Origin: a virus
Taxonomy: Duplodnaviria; Caudoviricetes
Length of the DNA: 41,733 bases
IMG/VR virus record: IMGVR_UViG_3300033406_000016
Coordinates: 1 to 41,733 of that record
Direction: 5' to 3' (one strand)
Positions within the stretch are counted from its first letter, which is position 1, and each line of letters starts with the position of its first letter. Positions 8,158 to 16,480 of this stretch are shown here, piece by piece. Made by a program: the position numbers and the translations under genes. Below the pieces are notes generated by a model. It saw only the letters and a list, made by a program, of their open reading frames with translations, was not told where the DNA came from and ran no database searches.

Positions 8158-8612
8158 GCCGCCACCTCTTCATTCCGGTTGCTCAGTTCGGCGATCTCGC
8201 TGGCCAGCGTCATGAACTGGCTGTCGTTTTCGCCGTGCGTGGTGAAGCTGGCGATGCATTCCAAGGCAATGCGGGTGTGGTGCTCGTCGGCGTTGTGGAA
8301 GAGCAGCGACAGGTTGGCCGGTCGGCCGCCCCAGAGGTTGAGGACCAGGGCGCGCAGGCGGTTGGCGGTTTCGCCGGGGCCGAGGATCTCGCGGCGGTAG
8401 CGCAGGTAGGGGCTGACGGTCTTATGTTCGCCGGCGAGGCGGGTTGCACTTTCCTGCAGGCGGTCAAAACCGGCAATGGCGGTGGCGGCCTGGTCGGCGT
8501 TGCCGTCACTGAAGGCGGCGGCCAGGGTGCCGTTGTCGAGCAGTGACTGGATGTGCTGGGCAGCGACGATCAGTTGCTGAACAGGCGGCTTTGGTAGAGC
8601 GATGAAGCACAT
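8154..8612 (-). CDS. Phage hypothetical protein, distant paralog of 7705-8157
   Basis: GETANRLRALVLNLWGG...ADEHHTRIALECI; GGAG RBS. Confidence 0.65.
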   Translation of the reverse strand: MCFIALPKPPVQQLIVAAQHIQSLLDNGTLAAAFSDGNADQAATAIAGFDRLQESATRLAGEHKTVSPYLRYRREILGPGETANRLRALVLNLWGGRPANLSLLFHNADEHHTRIALECIASFTTHGENDSQFMTLASEIAELSNRNEEVAA

Positions 8613-8664
8613 GGTGGATCTCCTTTTTGTGTTGCAGTGATACGGGTTGATACGGGTGAGGCGG

Positions 8665-11406
8665 TTAAGCGGTGGTGGCGCGCATGGCGGACTTTTCGCG
8701 CTGGAAGACCCAGCACTTGATCGTGCTGGGGCGGGCTGGCTGGTGGTTGTCGCGCATCGCGTTGTAGCGGCCGTTGATGGCGGAATTGACGGCCTTGATT
8801 TCGACGAATTTGCGCTGCCGGCTGGTCTTGAGCAGGCGCTTGAGGTCGGCGATCAGCGGGATCTGCTGTCGCATGTCGGCGGCGACCTGGACGAAGTGGT
8901 TCAGGTTGATGGCGATCAACTGCTCGTCGCGGCTGTGGTTCATCCTCTCTTCGCAGGCGTCGTCGCTGCTGTTGTCGACGCTGACGCCGTTCAGGTATTC
9001 GTAGGCTTCCCAGAATTGCTCGACGGCCGGGTGGTCCTTGGCGAGGGCCTGTTCGCGTTCGACGGCGAGGGCGGCCAGTTGCTTGATCGCTTCGACACGA
9101 ATGCTTTCCGTCATCGGGCAGGCCAGGGCGAGCGCCTCGACCATCACCATCAGCATGGCGTTGTTCTTCTGGATCCGCAGGTTGCGGATGCCGATGGCCT
9201 CAAGGCGCTTTTCGAAGGGGCGGAGGTTCTTCTCCATCATCTCCAGCACCTTCTTTTCGTTGGTCAGCGCCTTGACCAGAAAGCCCGAGATGTCGTTCGC
9301 GGTGAGGCGCTTGAGTTCCAGCGCGGCTTCGCGGCCGGCTTCGCTCTGGTGCGACTTGTCGAAGCCGATATGGATGATCCGTTCCATGATCGCCGTCGAT
9401 GCCTGCACCGGGGCGTTCTGGCTGATGAACAGGGCGGCGCGGAATTGCGGGTCGTAGGTGTCGTTGCCGGATGATTTGACGCCGGTGGTGCGCAGGCTGC
9501 CGCCGTTGTAGAGCGTCTTCAGGCTGTCCCAGTGGAACGATTGCTTGGGGCGGCCCTTGCCGCTGCCGTCGAGGTCATCTTCGCGGTCGGATTCGATCAG
9601 CACCACCGGCAGGTTGGCGACCTGGGCCATGCTGCGCATGAAGCCGACGTTGCTGCCCTTCATCGGGTCGAAGCCTTCGTAGCCATTGCGGCCGACCAGG
9701 CGCCAGAGGAATTCGATCATGGTCGATTTGCCCGAGCCGGGCTCGCCGACGATCTCGATGAAGGGGAAGGACTCGAAGCGGGCGCGGATCTGCTCGGAAA
9801 AGAGGCTACCCATCCAGGCGGCCAGCGAGGCGATGCCCTTGGCGCCGAAGCACAGGTAGAACTTGTCGAACCAGTCGGTATTGCAGGCCTTGAGGTCGGT
9901 ATTGATATCGAGCTTGAGCGACTTGCTGAGGCTCTTGATGGCCAGCTTGCCGATGTCGAAGTAGTCCTCATGGTTGAGTTCGACGACGCGACCGTCGCTG
10001 ATCGCCACCTTGTTGAAGACGTAGGCCTTGTGCTCGATCGTGTAGCCGCTGAAGTCGATGGTCTTGACCTTCTTGATGTCGAAGGTCCATTCACTGAGCA
10101 GGCGGCGCAGCTGGTGCGCGTTGCCGTTCCAGATCGCGCCGGCGCCGACGTGAAAAAGGCGCTTGGTGAATTCGGCCTCGGCAGTGAGTTGACCGGCGGT
10201 GAAGGTGTTCTTCTCGCTTTCGCCGTCGTGCGGGAAGTCGATGCGGAAGTAGTACCAGGCCTCGTCGGTGACTTCGTTCTTGAGGTAGTAGAGCGGGGTG
10301 GGCAGGCAATTGCAGATTTCCGAGACGGTATTGCTCTGCAGCAGCGCCTTATCTTTGGCTTCCTGCTCAGGGAGTGCGTTTTCGCCGCTTTCCAGCAGTT
10401 CCTTGGCCTTGTGGTACTTGTCGATATCGAGCTTCCACCACCAGAGGCGGTTATCGAAGTCGAAGGGGAATGAATTCCAGTTGTGACGGCTGTAGATCAG
10501 GTTGGCCTTGGCGCTGGCGCTGTTGGCCATCAGCAGATCGCCCTGGTAGCGGTATTCCTCAAGGTCCTTTTCATTGAGGCGGTCGCGCTGGTGCATGTCA
10601 TTCCAGTCCAGCTTGGCCTGGCCGCGGTTCTGGATGACGGCTGCCGATGCTTCCCAGCCATCCTTGATCGAGCGCTCGCAGAACTTGCGCGCCCAGGTGC
10701 GGCCGGCGACGCCGTCGTCCAGCGCCCAGACCAGCTTCGGTCGCGGCTTGTCGTTGGCCTTGCACTGCTCGGCCAACACCTTGAGCGCCAGGCTGGGATA
10801 GTTCGTGCAGCTCATGATCGAGACGGCGTACACGCCGTGGTGCATCAGGGCGATGGCGTCGAAGATGCCCTCGTTGATCCAGATCTCTTCCGGGATCGAG
10901 GTTGTATTTGGCGGCTGCCACCACATGCCGGCATAGCTGCCGCGAAAGTTCGCCTTCTGGTTGCCGAAGCGCTGTGGCTTGTCGATGATGCGTTCCCACC
11001 AGACATTCGGTGCCAGTTGAAAGCGCACCGTGGCGCTGCCCTCGTTGTGCTCCCGGCTCCAGAAATTCTCCTGGGCATACCAGCCGGCGATCATGTCCAG
11101 CTTGAAGCCGCGCCCGTCGCGCATGTAGGCATCGGCGGCCGCGTTCGGGTTCTCTGTGGTGGTGGGGTGGCGTTCCGACCAGGTGCTGAAGAGATCCGGG
11201 TAAAGCTCTTTGATATGGAACTCGGCACCGCACTTGTTGAGTCGACCGCAGCGCAGCACCCACGGTTTGTCGTGGCTGGTGTAGAGCTCCTTCTTCTTGC
11301 AGTTCGGGCATTCGCCGCGGCGCAGCGACTTGCCGTCTTCCGACTTCTTGAAGTCGTAGTCGTTGAGCAGTTTGGGGAGCAGTTCAGCGTGAAGGGTCGG
11401 GTTCAT
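8665..11406 (-). CDS. P4-alpha-like replicase: Zn finger, TOPRIM primase, helicase and C-terminal origin-binding-like domain
   Basis: CPNC...C..LNKC Zn finger, EGIFDA / ALDD / DWND toprim motifs, Walker A GEPGSGKST. Confidence 0.9.
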   Translation of the reverse strand: MNPTLHAELLPKLLNDYDFKKSEDGKSLRRGECPNCKKKELYTSHDKPWVLRCGRLNKCGAEFHIKELYPDLFSTWSERHPTTTENPNAAADAYMRDGRGFKLDMIAGWYAQENFWSREHNEGSATVRFQLAPNVWWERIIDKPQRFGNQKANFRGSYAGMWWQPPNTTSIPEEIWINEGIFDAIALMHHGVYAVSIMSCTNYPSLALKVLAEQCKANDKPRPKLVWALDDGVAGRTWARKFCERSIKDGWEASAAVIQNRGQAKLDWNDMHQRDRLNEKDLEEYRYQGDLLMANSASAKANLIYSRHNWNSFPFDFDNRLWWWKLDIDKYHKAKELLESGENALPEQEAKDKALLQSNTVSEICNCLPTPLYYLKNEVTDEAWYYFRIDFPHDGESEKNTFTAGQLTAEAEFTKRLFHVGAGAIWNGNAHQLRRLLSEWTFDIKKVKTIDFSGYTIEHKAYVFNKVAISDGRVVELNHEDYFDIGKLAIKSLSKSLKLDINTDLKACNTDWFDKFYLCFGAKGIASLAAWMGSLFSEQIRARFESFPFIEIVGEPGSGKSTMIEFLWRLVGRNGYEGFDPMKGSNVGFMRSMAQVANLPVVLIESDREDDLDGSGKGRPKQSFHWDSLKTLYNGGSLRTTGVKSSGNDTYDPQFRAALFISQNAPVQASTAIMERIIHIGFDKSHQSEAGREAALELKRLTANDISGFLVKALTNEKKVLEMMEKNLRPFEKRLEAIGIRNLRIQKNNAMLMVMVEALALACPMTESIRVEAIKQLAALAVEREQALAKDHPAVEQFWEAYEYLNGVSVDNSSDDACEERMNHSRDEQLIAINLNHFVQVAADMRQQIPLIADLKRLLKTSRQRKFVEIKAVNSAINGRYNAMRDNHQPARPSTIKCWVFQREKSAMRATTA

Positions 11407-11615
11407 TTAGCAGTAGCGCAGCGGGAAACGAAGGAGCGGAGAGCGGCCGGGGCGGTCCGCTTGCCGAGATAGACGGGGCGGGCCGATGTCTTGCGGAAAA
11501 CGCGGAAACCGTCTGCTTTTTCGACGAAGAAAAGGCCGGCGCCGTGGGCGATGCGGCGGGCTTCCTTGAGGGTGTCGGTGGTCTGGCTAGTCATTGGTTT
11601 CCGGTTTTTGGGCAA
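11403..11615 (-). CDS. Small basic hypothetical protein
   Basis: 70 aa (may start at ATG 11594); stop overlaps the replicase start. Confidence 0.6.
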   Translation of the reverse strand: MPKNRKPMTSQTTDTLKEARRIAHGAGLFFVEKADGFRVFRKTSARPVYLGKRTAPAALRSFVSRCATAK

Positions 11616-11673
11616 AAAAATTCCCCTCGCGCTGTTTTCAGCGCGCTGGCGGGTATCTCGGGTTGTGGGGGAA
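11614..11673 (-). terminator. Terminator/attenuator-like structure between ogr and the replication genes
   Basis: Minus strand: TTCCCC...CGCGCTG-AAAA-CAGCGCG-AGGGGAA-TTTTTTT. Confidence 0.5.
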
Positions 11674-11683
11674 GGCTAGGGAG

Positions 11684-11983
11684 TTAGCCGGTGGCCATTC
11701 GGGGCGGCGGGTGATCCATGCCGAGCTCCATCTGGTTGCTGGCCGGCAGGTTGGCTGCCGGCGAACGGTCCGAAAGCGGGATGTAGACCTTGGGGTTGGG
11801 CATCATCGACGGGGCGATGGTGCGCACGGCGACCAACTGGGCAATCCAGCTATGCATGCATTCCGGGTTGTCACAGGTGACCTTGGCCTCGCGGACCGTA
11901 TCGCTCATCTGCTTCGAGCTGCGCACTGTGGATTCCGCGCTGCAATGCGGGCACTTGATCCGCCACTGGTTGAACGCGCTCAT
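11684..11983 (-). CDS. ogr: Ogr/Delta-like zinc-finger late activator
   Basis: IKCPHC...VRSS...CDNPECMHSW, P2 Ogr C4 pattern; start at ATG 11983 overlapping the upstream stop. Confidence 0.9.
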   Translation of the reverse strand: MSAFNQWRIKCPHCSAESTVRSSKQMSDTVREAKVTCDNPECMHSWIAQLVAVRTIAPSMMPNPKVYIPLSDRSPAANLPASNQMELGMDHPPPRMATG

Positions 11984-12558
11984 GACTTTCTCCGCTTGAT
12001 GATGCGGCCGACCAGGAGGCGGGCGCGCTGGATGGTGGCGGCGGCAAGGCCCAGCTTGGCCTCGGCGTGCTCGGCCTCGCCGGAATGAATGCCATCGAGC
12101 AGTGCGGCGGTGGCGATGGTGGCATGGCCGGCGTGGTCGACCAGGTCCTGAAAGTGAGCATTGATCTCGGCCTGGGTGACATCGCCGTCGCATTCGACGA
12201 TGCCGCGTACGGCAATACCGACCGGCTGCAGTAGATCGTTCAGCAATATGACCCGGCGATCGACCGGCAATGCTTCGAGAATCGGCCAGAACATGTTCAG
12301 GGTGAGCAGGTTCTTGTCCTTGCTGCGGTCGTCCAGCCAGCGGAACAGCCGGTCGGCATTAACCCGCATGCGCTCGAAGGCGTCGGTTGTCGGCGGCTCA
12401 AAACGAATGCCGGTGATTTCGGGGCCGCCGATACGATCATGTGCCTGGACGATGAAGTCGGCCACTGTCTCGCGTGACCAGCGATTGTCTCGACGCCAAG
12501 CCTCGATATGGTCGCTGATGATGGCAATGGCACTTGGGTGCGTTGCACGCTGCATGAG
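11980..12558 (-). CDS. CII/YdaT-like transcriptional regulator
   Basis: IEAWRR...SRETVA..IV.AH and N.DRLFRWLDD pattern; position downstream of Cro; start uncertain (12603/12558/12555). Confidence 0.6.
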   Translation of the reverse strand, partial: LMQRATHPSAIAIISDHIEAWRRDNRWSRETVADFIVQAHDRIGGPEITGIRFEPPTTDAFERMRVNADRLFRWLDDRSKDKNLLTLNMFWPILEALPVDRRVILLNDLLQPVGIAVRGIVECDGDVTQAEINAHFQDLVDHAGHATIATAALLDGIHSGEAEHAEAKLGLAAATIQRARLLVGRIIKRRKS

Positions 12559-12609
12559 CATTTTTTTGCAACCCCCTACTATTCGAAAACAATGAAAAGG
12601 CACATGGAT

Positions 12610-13467
12610 TTAGGTCCGATCCAGCGAATTAAATACCCAGCAGCGCACAGCGCGGCCCGTGTGGCGGCTGTTCACTGGCTTGCGATCGACGAAACGGGGC
12701 TGGCGGCTGGCGCACAGCACGCGGCGAAGCGCGCCGACTTCCGGCAGGAAAATTTGGGCACGCTTCGCTGCTGCCCGTACCTCCGGCAGGTTCAGCGCGA
12801 GCAGGCCATCCTGCCGGGCGTGGTTCAGGGCTTTGCCATGTTTGCCGGCGAGCAGCAGGTCGATCGCTTCCCAGAACTCCTCAAGCAACGGGCTTTCGTG
12901 GTCAGGAGTTTGGTCGACACCTATGTCGTCCAAGGCCGGGCAATCCAGCGAGATCAAGCGGCATGCCTGTTCGAGTTGGCCATGCAGTACACGGCGCGCT
13001 GGTGGATTGGTTTCTGCCTTCAAGGCCTTGAGCAAGCTGTTGATATGCCGGTGGGTGGACAGCAACTGCGGGATAGTCGCAGCCCGGGCACGGGGATTGG
13101 TGGCGACACCCTGTTGCCAGTAAGCGGCCAGTGCAGCGAAGCATTCGCGCTGGTATTCGACTAACCGCTCGCGCAGTTCCGGTTTGACACGGGAAACGTC
13201 GATGCCGAACAGCCAGCCGTTGAGGTAGTCGAGAGGGAGGGTGATGACTTCACGGGATTGAACTTCGCCTGGGAGCTGCGTTGCCATGATGGCAACGCAG
13301 GTACCGAGTACAGCATGACGTTCAATGCGCCGAAATTGAGCCGACCAGTCGAGGCCGATGGCCTCGCAGATCGGTTTCATGGCAACGCGGATGGTGTCAC
13401 CGTCCTTGATGGTCAAGAGTTGTTGACCGTGGAATGGGACGAGGGCGGTTTCAGTGCGGAGCGACAT
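12610..13467 (-). CDS. Antirepressor-like protein (P22 Ant N-terminal domain) fused to a replicase-C-terminal-like domain
   Basis: VPFHG...VAMKPICE.IGLDW..Q...LPLDYLNGWLFGI...YQRECF.AL..YW; the C-terminus aligns with the replicase C-terminus. Confidence 0.85.
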   Translation of the reverse strand: MSLRTETALVPFHGQQLLTIKDGDTIRVAMKPICEAIGLDWSAQFRRIERHAVLGTCVAIMATQLPGEVQSREVITLPLDYLNGWLFGIDVSRVKPELRERLVEYQRECFAALAAYWQQGVATNPRARAATIPQLLSTHRHINSLLKALKAETNPPARRVLHGQLEQACRLISLDCPALDDIGVDQTPDHESPLLEEFWEAIDLLLAGKHGKALNHARQDGLLALNLPEVRAAAKRAQIFLPEVGALRRVLCASRQPRFVDRKPVNSRHTGRAVRCWVFNSLDRT

Positions 13468-13469
13468 GT

Positions 13470-13688
13470 TCAGGCCTCGTCGGTTTCGTCAAACCGGTGG
13501 TCGGCTTTCATCCCTTGAAGCATGTAGACCCGGGCCATGGCTGAGAACGTTCGGTTATCCAGTTTTGCGCGGCGTGTCAGTTCGATGCGCTCTTCAGGTG
13601 TGATCGTTATTCCAAGCCGACGATCCGAATAGCTGCCCGGTGGATTGCGACGCTTTCGCACGGGTTTTTCTTTGGCAGTGGTTTGCAT
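13470..13688 (-). CDS. Cro/Cox-position ribbon-helix-helix DNA-binding protein
   Basis: RLGITITPEERIEL..RAKLDNRTFSAMAR RHH pattern; first gene of the early operon, divergent from cI. Confidence 0.7.
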   Translation of the reverse strand: MQTTAKEKPVRKRRNPPGSYSDRRLGITITPEERIELTRRAKLDNRTFSAMARVYMLQGMKADHRFDETDEA

Positions 13689-13731
13689 GGCTTAAACTGT
13701 GTAACGGTTTGGAATTTTGTGATGGTGACCA

Positions 13732-13760
13732 AGTATGGTTTATGAATTAGGGAATGTCAA
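13732..13760 (-). promoter_or_regulatory. Early lytic sigma70 promoter
   Basis: Minus strand TTGACA (13760-13755), 17-bp spacer, CATACT (13737-13732); flanked by operator-like GATGGTG(A/T)CC(C)AAG repeats. Confidence 0.7.
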
Positions 13761-14691
13761 CGATGGTGTCCCAAGAAATTGTGACGTCGGTGCAAGGCTG
13801 GTACAGGAGCGAAATCGGCTAGGCATGTCTCAGATTGATTTGCGTGTACGCACCGGTGTAGGCAAAAACACCCAAGTCAATTACGAATCAGGGAAAAGCG
13901 TTCCTGATGCTCTGTATTTGTCGATTTTGGATAGGCTTGGCTTCGATGTTCTCTTCATCATCACCGGCGACCGTGCGAATGGCGCCCAGTTGAACGAACA
14001 GCAGCAAAATTTGCTCGATATCTGGCAGGCCGCCCCTGCGCAACTCCGCGATGCCGCGCTGGCTGTCTTGCTAACGCCACATCACCCGGAACTGATAAAG
14101 CGCGAGCGCGATATCCCCGGCCGTTTTGCACACGGTGTGCTGGGCGAGGACTCCCCGCGTTTCGAATACTTCATGCAGATCTATCGCCGGTTCAGGCAAT
14201 CGCCCGGCGATCGGCCGACCGCAGCGATGCGGCATGAGGCGGCGAGTACGACGGAAAACCTTGAAGCCATCCTGAACCTACTCAAAAACCCTGCCGTGAA
14301 GGCGGTCGTCCTGTTCGCAACGGAGGATGAACCCGTGGCGGGATTCAGCCACCAAACTGATGGCCCAGATACCAACCTCCCGCTCGTTGCAGCCGTAGTC
14401 GAGTTAATGCCGACTGGTACTGAACCGATGCACGTCGTTTTTGACGGCTGTTTCCTCACCGCCCGCCGGCCCCCGAGATATACCGAAGTGAGGTTTTTGC
14501 TCGATGCAGCGATAGCTACCGGGCACGCTATGTTCGGTACGAGCAGAGTGCCGTTCACATCAACGTTACCACCTGAGGAAGCGGCCAATATTCTGCTTGC
14601 TACCGAACATCTTGAGCCGCTCGAAGAAAAATCACGGGCACGGTACTTCGCAATGCTATCGAATGTTCCTGAGGCAAAACTCACTCGATGA
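13735..14691 (+). CDS. CI-like repressor: XRE HTH plus ~200-aa unknown C-terminal domain
   Basis: GARL..ERNRLGMSQ.DL...GVGKNTQ.NYESGKS.PDALYL...GFDVLFIITG, typical of phiCTX-type repressors; start codon uncertain. Confidence 0.85.
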   Translation: MVYELGNVNDGVPRNCDVGARLVQERNRLGMSQIDLRVRTGVGKNTQVNYESGKSVPDALYLSILDRLGFDVLFIITGDRANGAQLNEQQQNLLDIWQAAPAQLRDAALAVLLTPHHPELIKRERDIPGRFAHGVLGEDSPRFEYFMQIYRRFRQSPGDRPTAAMRHEAASTTENLEAILNLLKNPAVKAVVLFATEDEPVAGFSHQTDGPDTNLPLVAAVVELMPTGTEPMHVVFDGCFLTARRPPRYTEVRFLLDAAIATGHAMFGTSRVPFTSTLPPEEAANILLATEHLEPLEEKSRARYFAMLSNVPEAKLTR

Positions 14692-15200
14692 AGCCATCTC
14701 ACATCGGAAGTTCTGTAGTGAATCGGCTTCTCGGACTGCTGTTGTTTGTTGCGGTTTCCTGCTGCCAAGCCGAAACGCTAAATGGCCGTGTTGTAGGCGT
14801 GGTCGATGGCGATACCGTCGATATCCTCACCCCAGACAGGGAGCTTGTTCGGATTCGGTTGGCGGGCATCGATGCCCCCGAGAAGGCGCAACCCTACGGC
14901 CAGCGCTCAAAGCAGAAGATGAGCGACCTGGTGTTCGGCAAGAACGCTGAGGTCGATTTCAAGAAGCGCGACCGATATGGCCGAATCATTGGGAAGGTTA
15001 CGGTCAACGGCCGTGACGCGAGCCTTGGGCTCCTAGATGCAGGACTTGCCTGGCACTACAAGAAATATGCCGGCGAGCAGCCGGTGAGTGATAGGGCGAC
15101 CTACGCGAATGCAGAAGATACAGCGAGGTTATCGAAGATTGGACTGTGGCGTGACGAGCTGCCGACGGCACCATGGGACTGGCGGCGCGGAAATCGTTAA
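14688..15200 (+). CDS. Thermonuclease (SNase) family secreted nuclease
   Basis: Signal peptide, then VVDGDT, IRLAGIDAPE, QPYG, DRYGR, GLAW and GLW motifs. Confidence 0.93.
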   Translation: MKPSHIGSSVVNRLLGLLLFVAVSCCQAETLNGRVVGVVDGDTVDILTPDRELVRIRLAGIDAPEKAQPYGQRSKQKMSDLVFGKNAEVDFKKRDRYGRIIGKVTVNGRDASLGLLDAGLAWHYKKYAGEQPVSDRATYANAEDTARLSKIGLWRDELPTAPWDWRRGNR

Positions 15201-15241
15201 GTGCTGCGGTCGACACTTAAAAACGTTTAAAAAAGAGAGAA

Positions 15242-15607
15242 ATGGACATGGATGAAATACCGACCCCGTTGTCGATTCAGGAAGTCGACGAGTTTCTGGT
15301 AAAACTAGCAAAGAAACGTTGCCCATGGTGCGATGGAACACATTGGGGGATGCATATTGACAATGGCGATGAAGCCAATCCAAAGGCTCCTAGTCTACGG
15401 GCGTTGCCTCGGATGCGTCTCGGCCAAGCAGCGCCTGGTACGCTGACAGGCACGATTTCAATTGGAACTGAGGCAGCACTGACGGTAGCTATAGCCGAGT
15501 GTCAGGAATGCGGTTACATCCATCTGTTTAATTACTTTACAATCATGCGGCTGGCCCGTATCACACAACAATCTGAGCCAAAAGATGTCGAACCTTCATC
15601 TAATTGA
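15242..15607 (+). CDS. Zn-ribbon hypothetical protein
   Basis: CPWC...CQECG, 121 aa. Confidence 0.7.
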   Translation: MDMDEIPTPLSIQEVDEFLVKLAKKRCPWCDGTHWGMHIDNGDEANPKAPSLRALPRMRLGQAAPGTLTGTISIGTEAALTVAIAECQECGYIHLFNYFTIMRLARITQQSEPKDVEPSSN

Positions 15608-16145
15608 CCCCAACGCCGGTATGCCTCGCCTTAGGGATGGAGGTGGTGGGGACGGGAGCCCTCCGATGGACAAGACCGTAAACGAAATCGATAAGCGCTT
15701 GATCGCGGTTGAAGCGGTGTTGCCTGGACTCGTTACCAAGTCAGATATGGCGGAGTTGAGAAGTGATATGCATCGCTCACTTGGTGATACCAAGTCGGAT
15801 ATGGCCGAGCTTAGAAGCGATATGCACCGTTCGTTTGGTGACATTATGGTTGCTATATCAGAGTTGAAATCCAAGACGGAAGCGACCGATTCCAAGATTG
15901 ACATCGCTTCGATACGACAGACCGTCGAAAAGTCGCATACCGACATCTATAAGTGGATTGCAACGATTTTCATTTCCGTAGCTGGTATCGGATTTGCCGC
16001 CTATAGCGGGTTGAAGTCAGTGGGAGCCGGTCAGCAAGTTGCAGCTCAGCCGCCAACGATTATTCAAATACCACCTTCTATGCCTCAGAACCAAACAAAC
16101 GTACAGGTGCCCGCAGTAACCGCTAAAGAAAATCTATCTAAGTAG
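15585..16145 (+). CDS. Coiled-coil protein with C-terminal TM helix (DUF1640/XhlA-like architecture)
   Basis: GGGG linker, TKSDMAELRSDM repeats, hydrophobic WIATIFISVAGIGFAAY. Confidence 0.7.
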   Translation: MSNLHLIDPNAGMPRLRDGGGGDGSPPMDKTVNEIDKRLIAVEAVLPGLVTKSDMAELRSDMHRSLGDTKSDMAELRSDMHRSFGDIMVAISELKSKTEATDSKIDIASIRQTVEKSHTDIYKWIATIFISVAGIGFAAYSGLKSVGAGQQVAAQPPTIIQIPPSMPQNQTNVQVPAVTAKENLSK

Positions 16146-16159
16146 CCAAATAACGAAGC

Positions 16160-16194
16160 AGCCCGGCATCTTGTTGATGACCGGGCTTTTTTTT
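16160..16194 (+). terminator. Rho-independent terminator ending the lysogenic operon
   Basis: AGCCCGG-CATC..GATG-A-CCGGGCT followed by a T run. Confidence 0.8.
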
Positions 16195-16480
16195 GCCTTA
16201 TCCACAAAGTTACCGTTTCTATGGATTCTGAGACTAGTCAGCGGGCAAGATTAGAGGGAGTCGCAGAAATCGAACGATGCGCAGCCGAGAACGGACTTCT
16301 TTAAATATAGGCATTTAACATCGTAGCCGTAGGTTATCTTACTGAAAAGACCAAGAGCCAGAACTCGAAAAATGGACGCGCCGAACGGGATAGAGGTTTG
16401 AAAGCGCTGCTGCCTGAGGCAATCAAGCAGTGTTACAATATGGCGAATAAATATAAATTCGTCCGAGGGAGCATTAATTA

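Noticed and set aside
16198-16206. Perfect DnaA box TTATCCACA
   Set aside because: It is a single copy with no cluster and could occur by chance
16221-16304. 27-aa ORF MDSETSQRARLEGVAEIERCAAENGLL
   Set aside because: No RBS or recognisable motif; probably part of the moron's promoter region or a remnant
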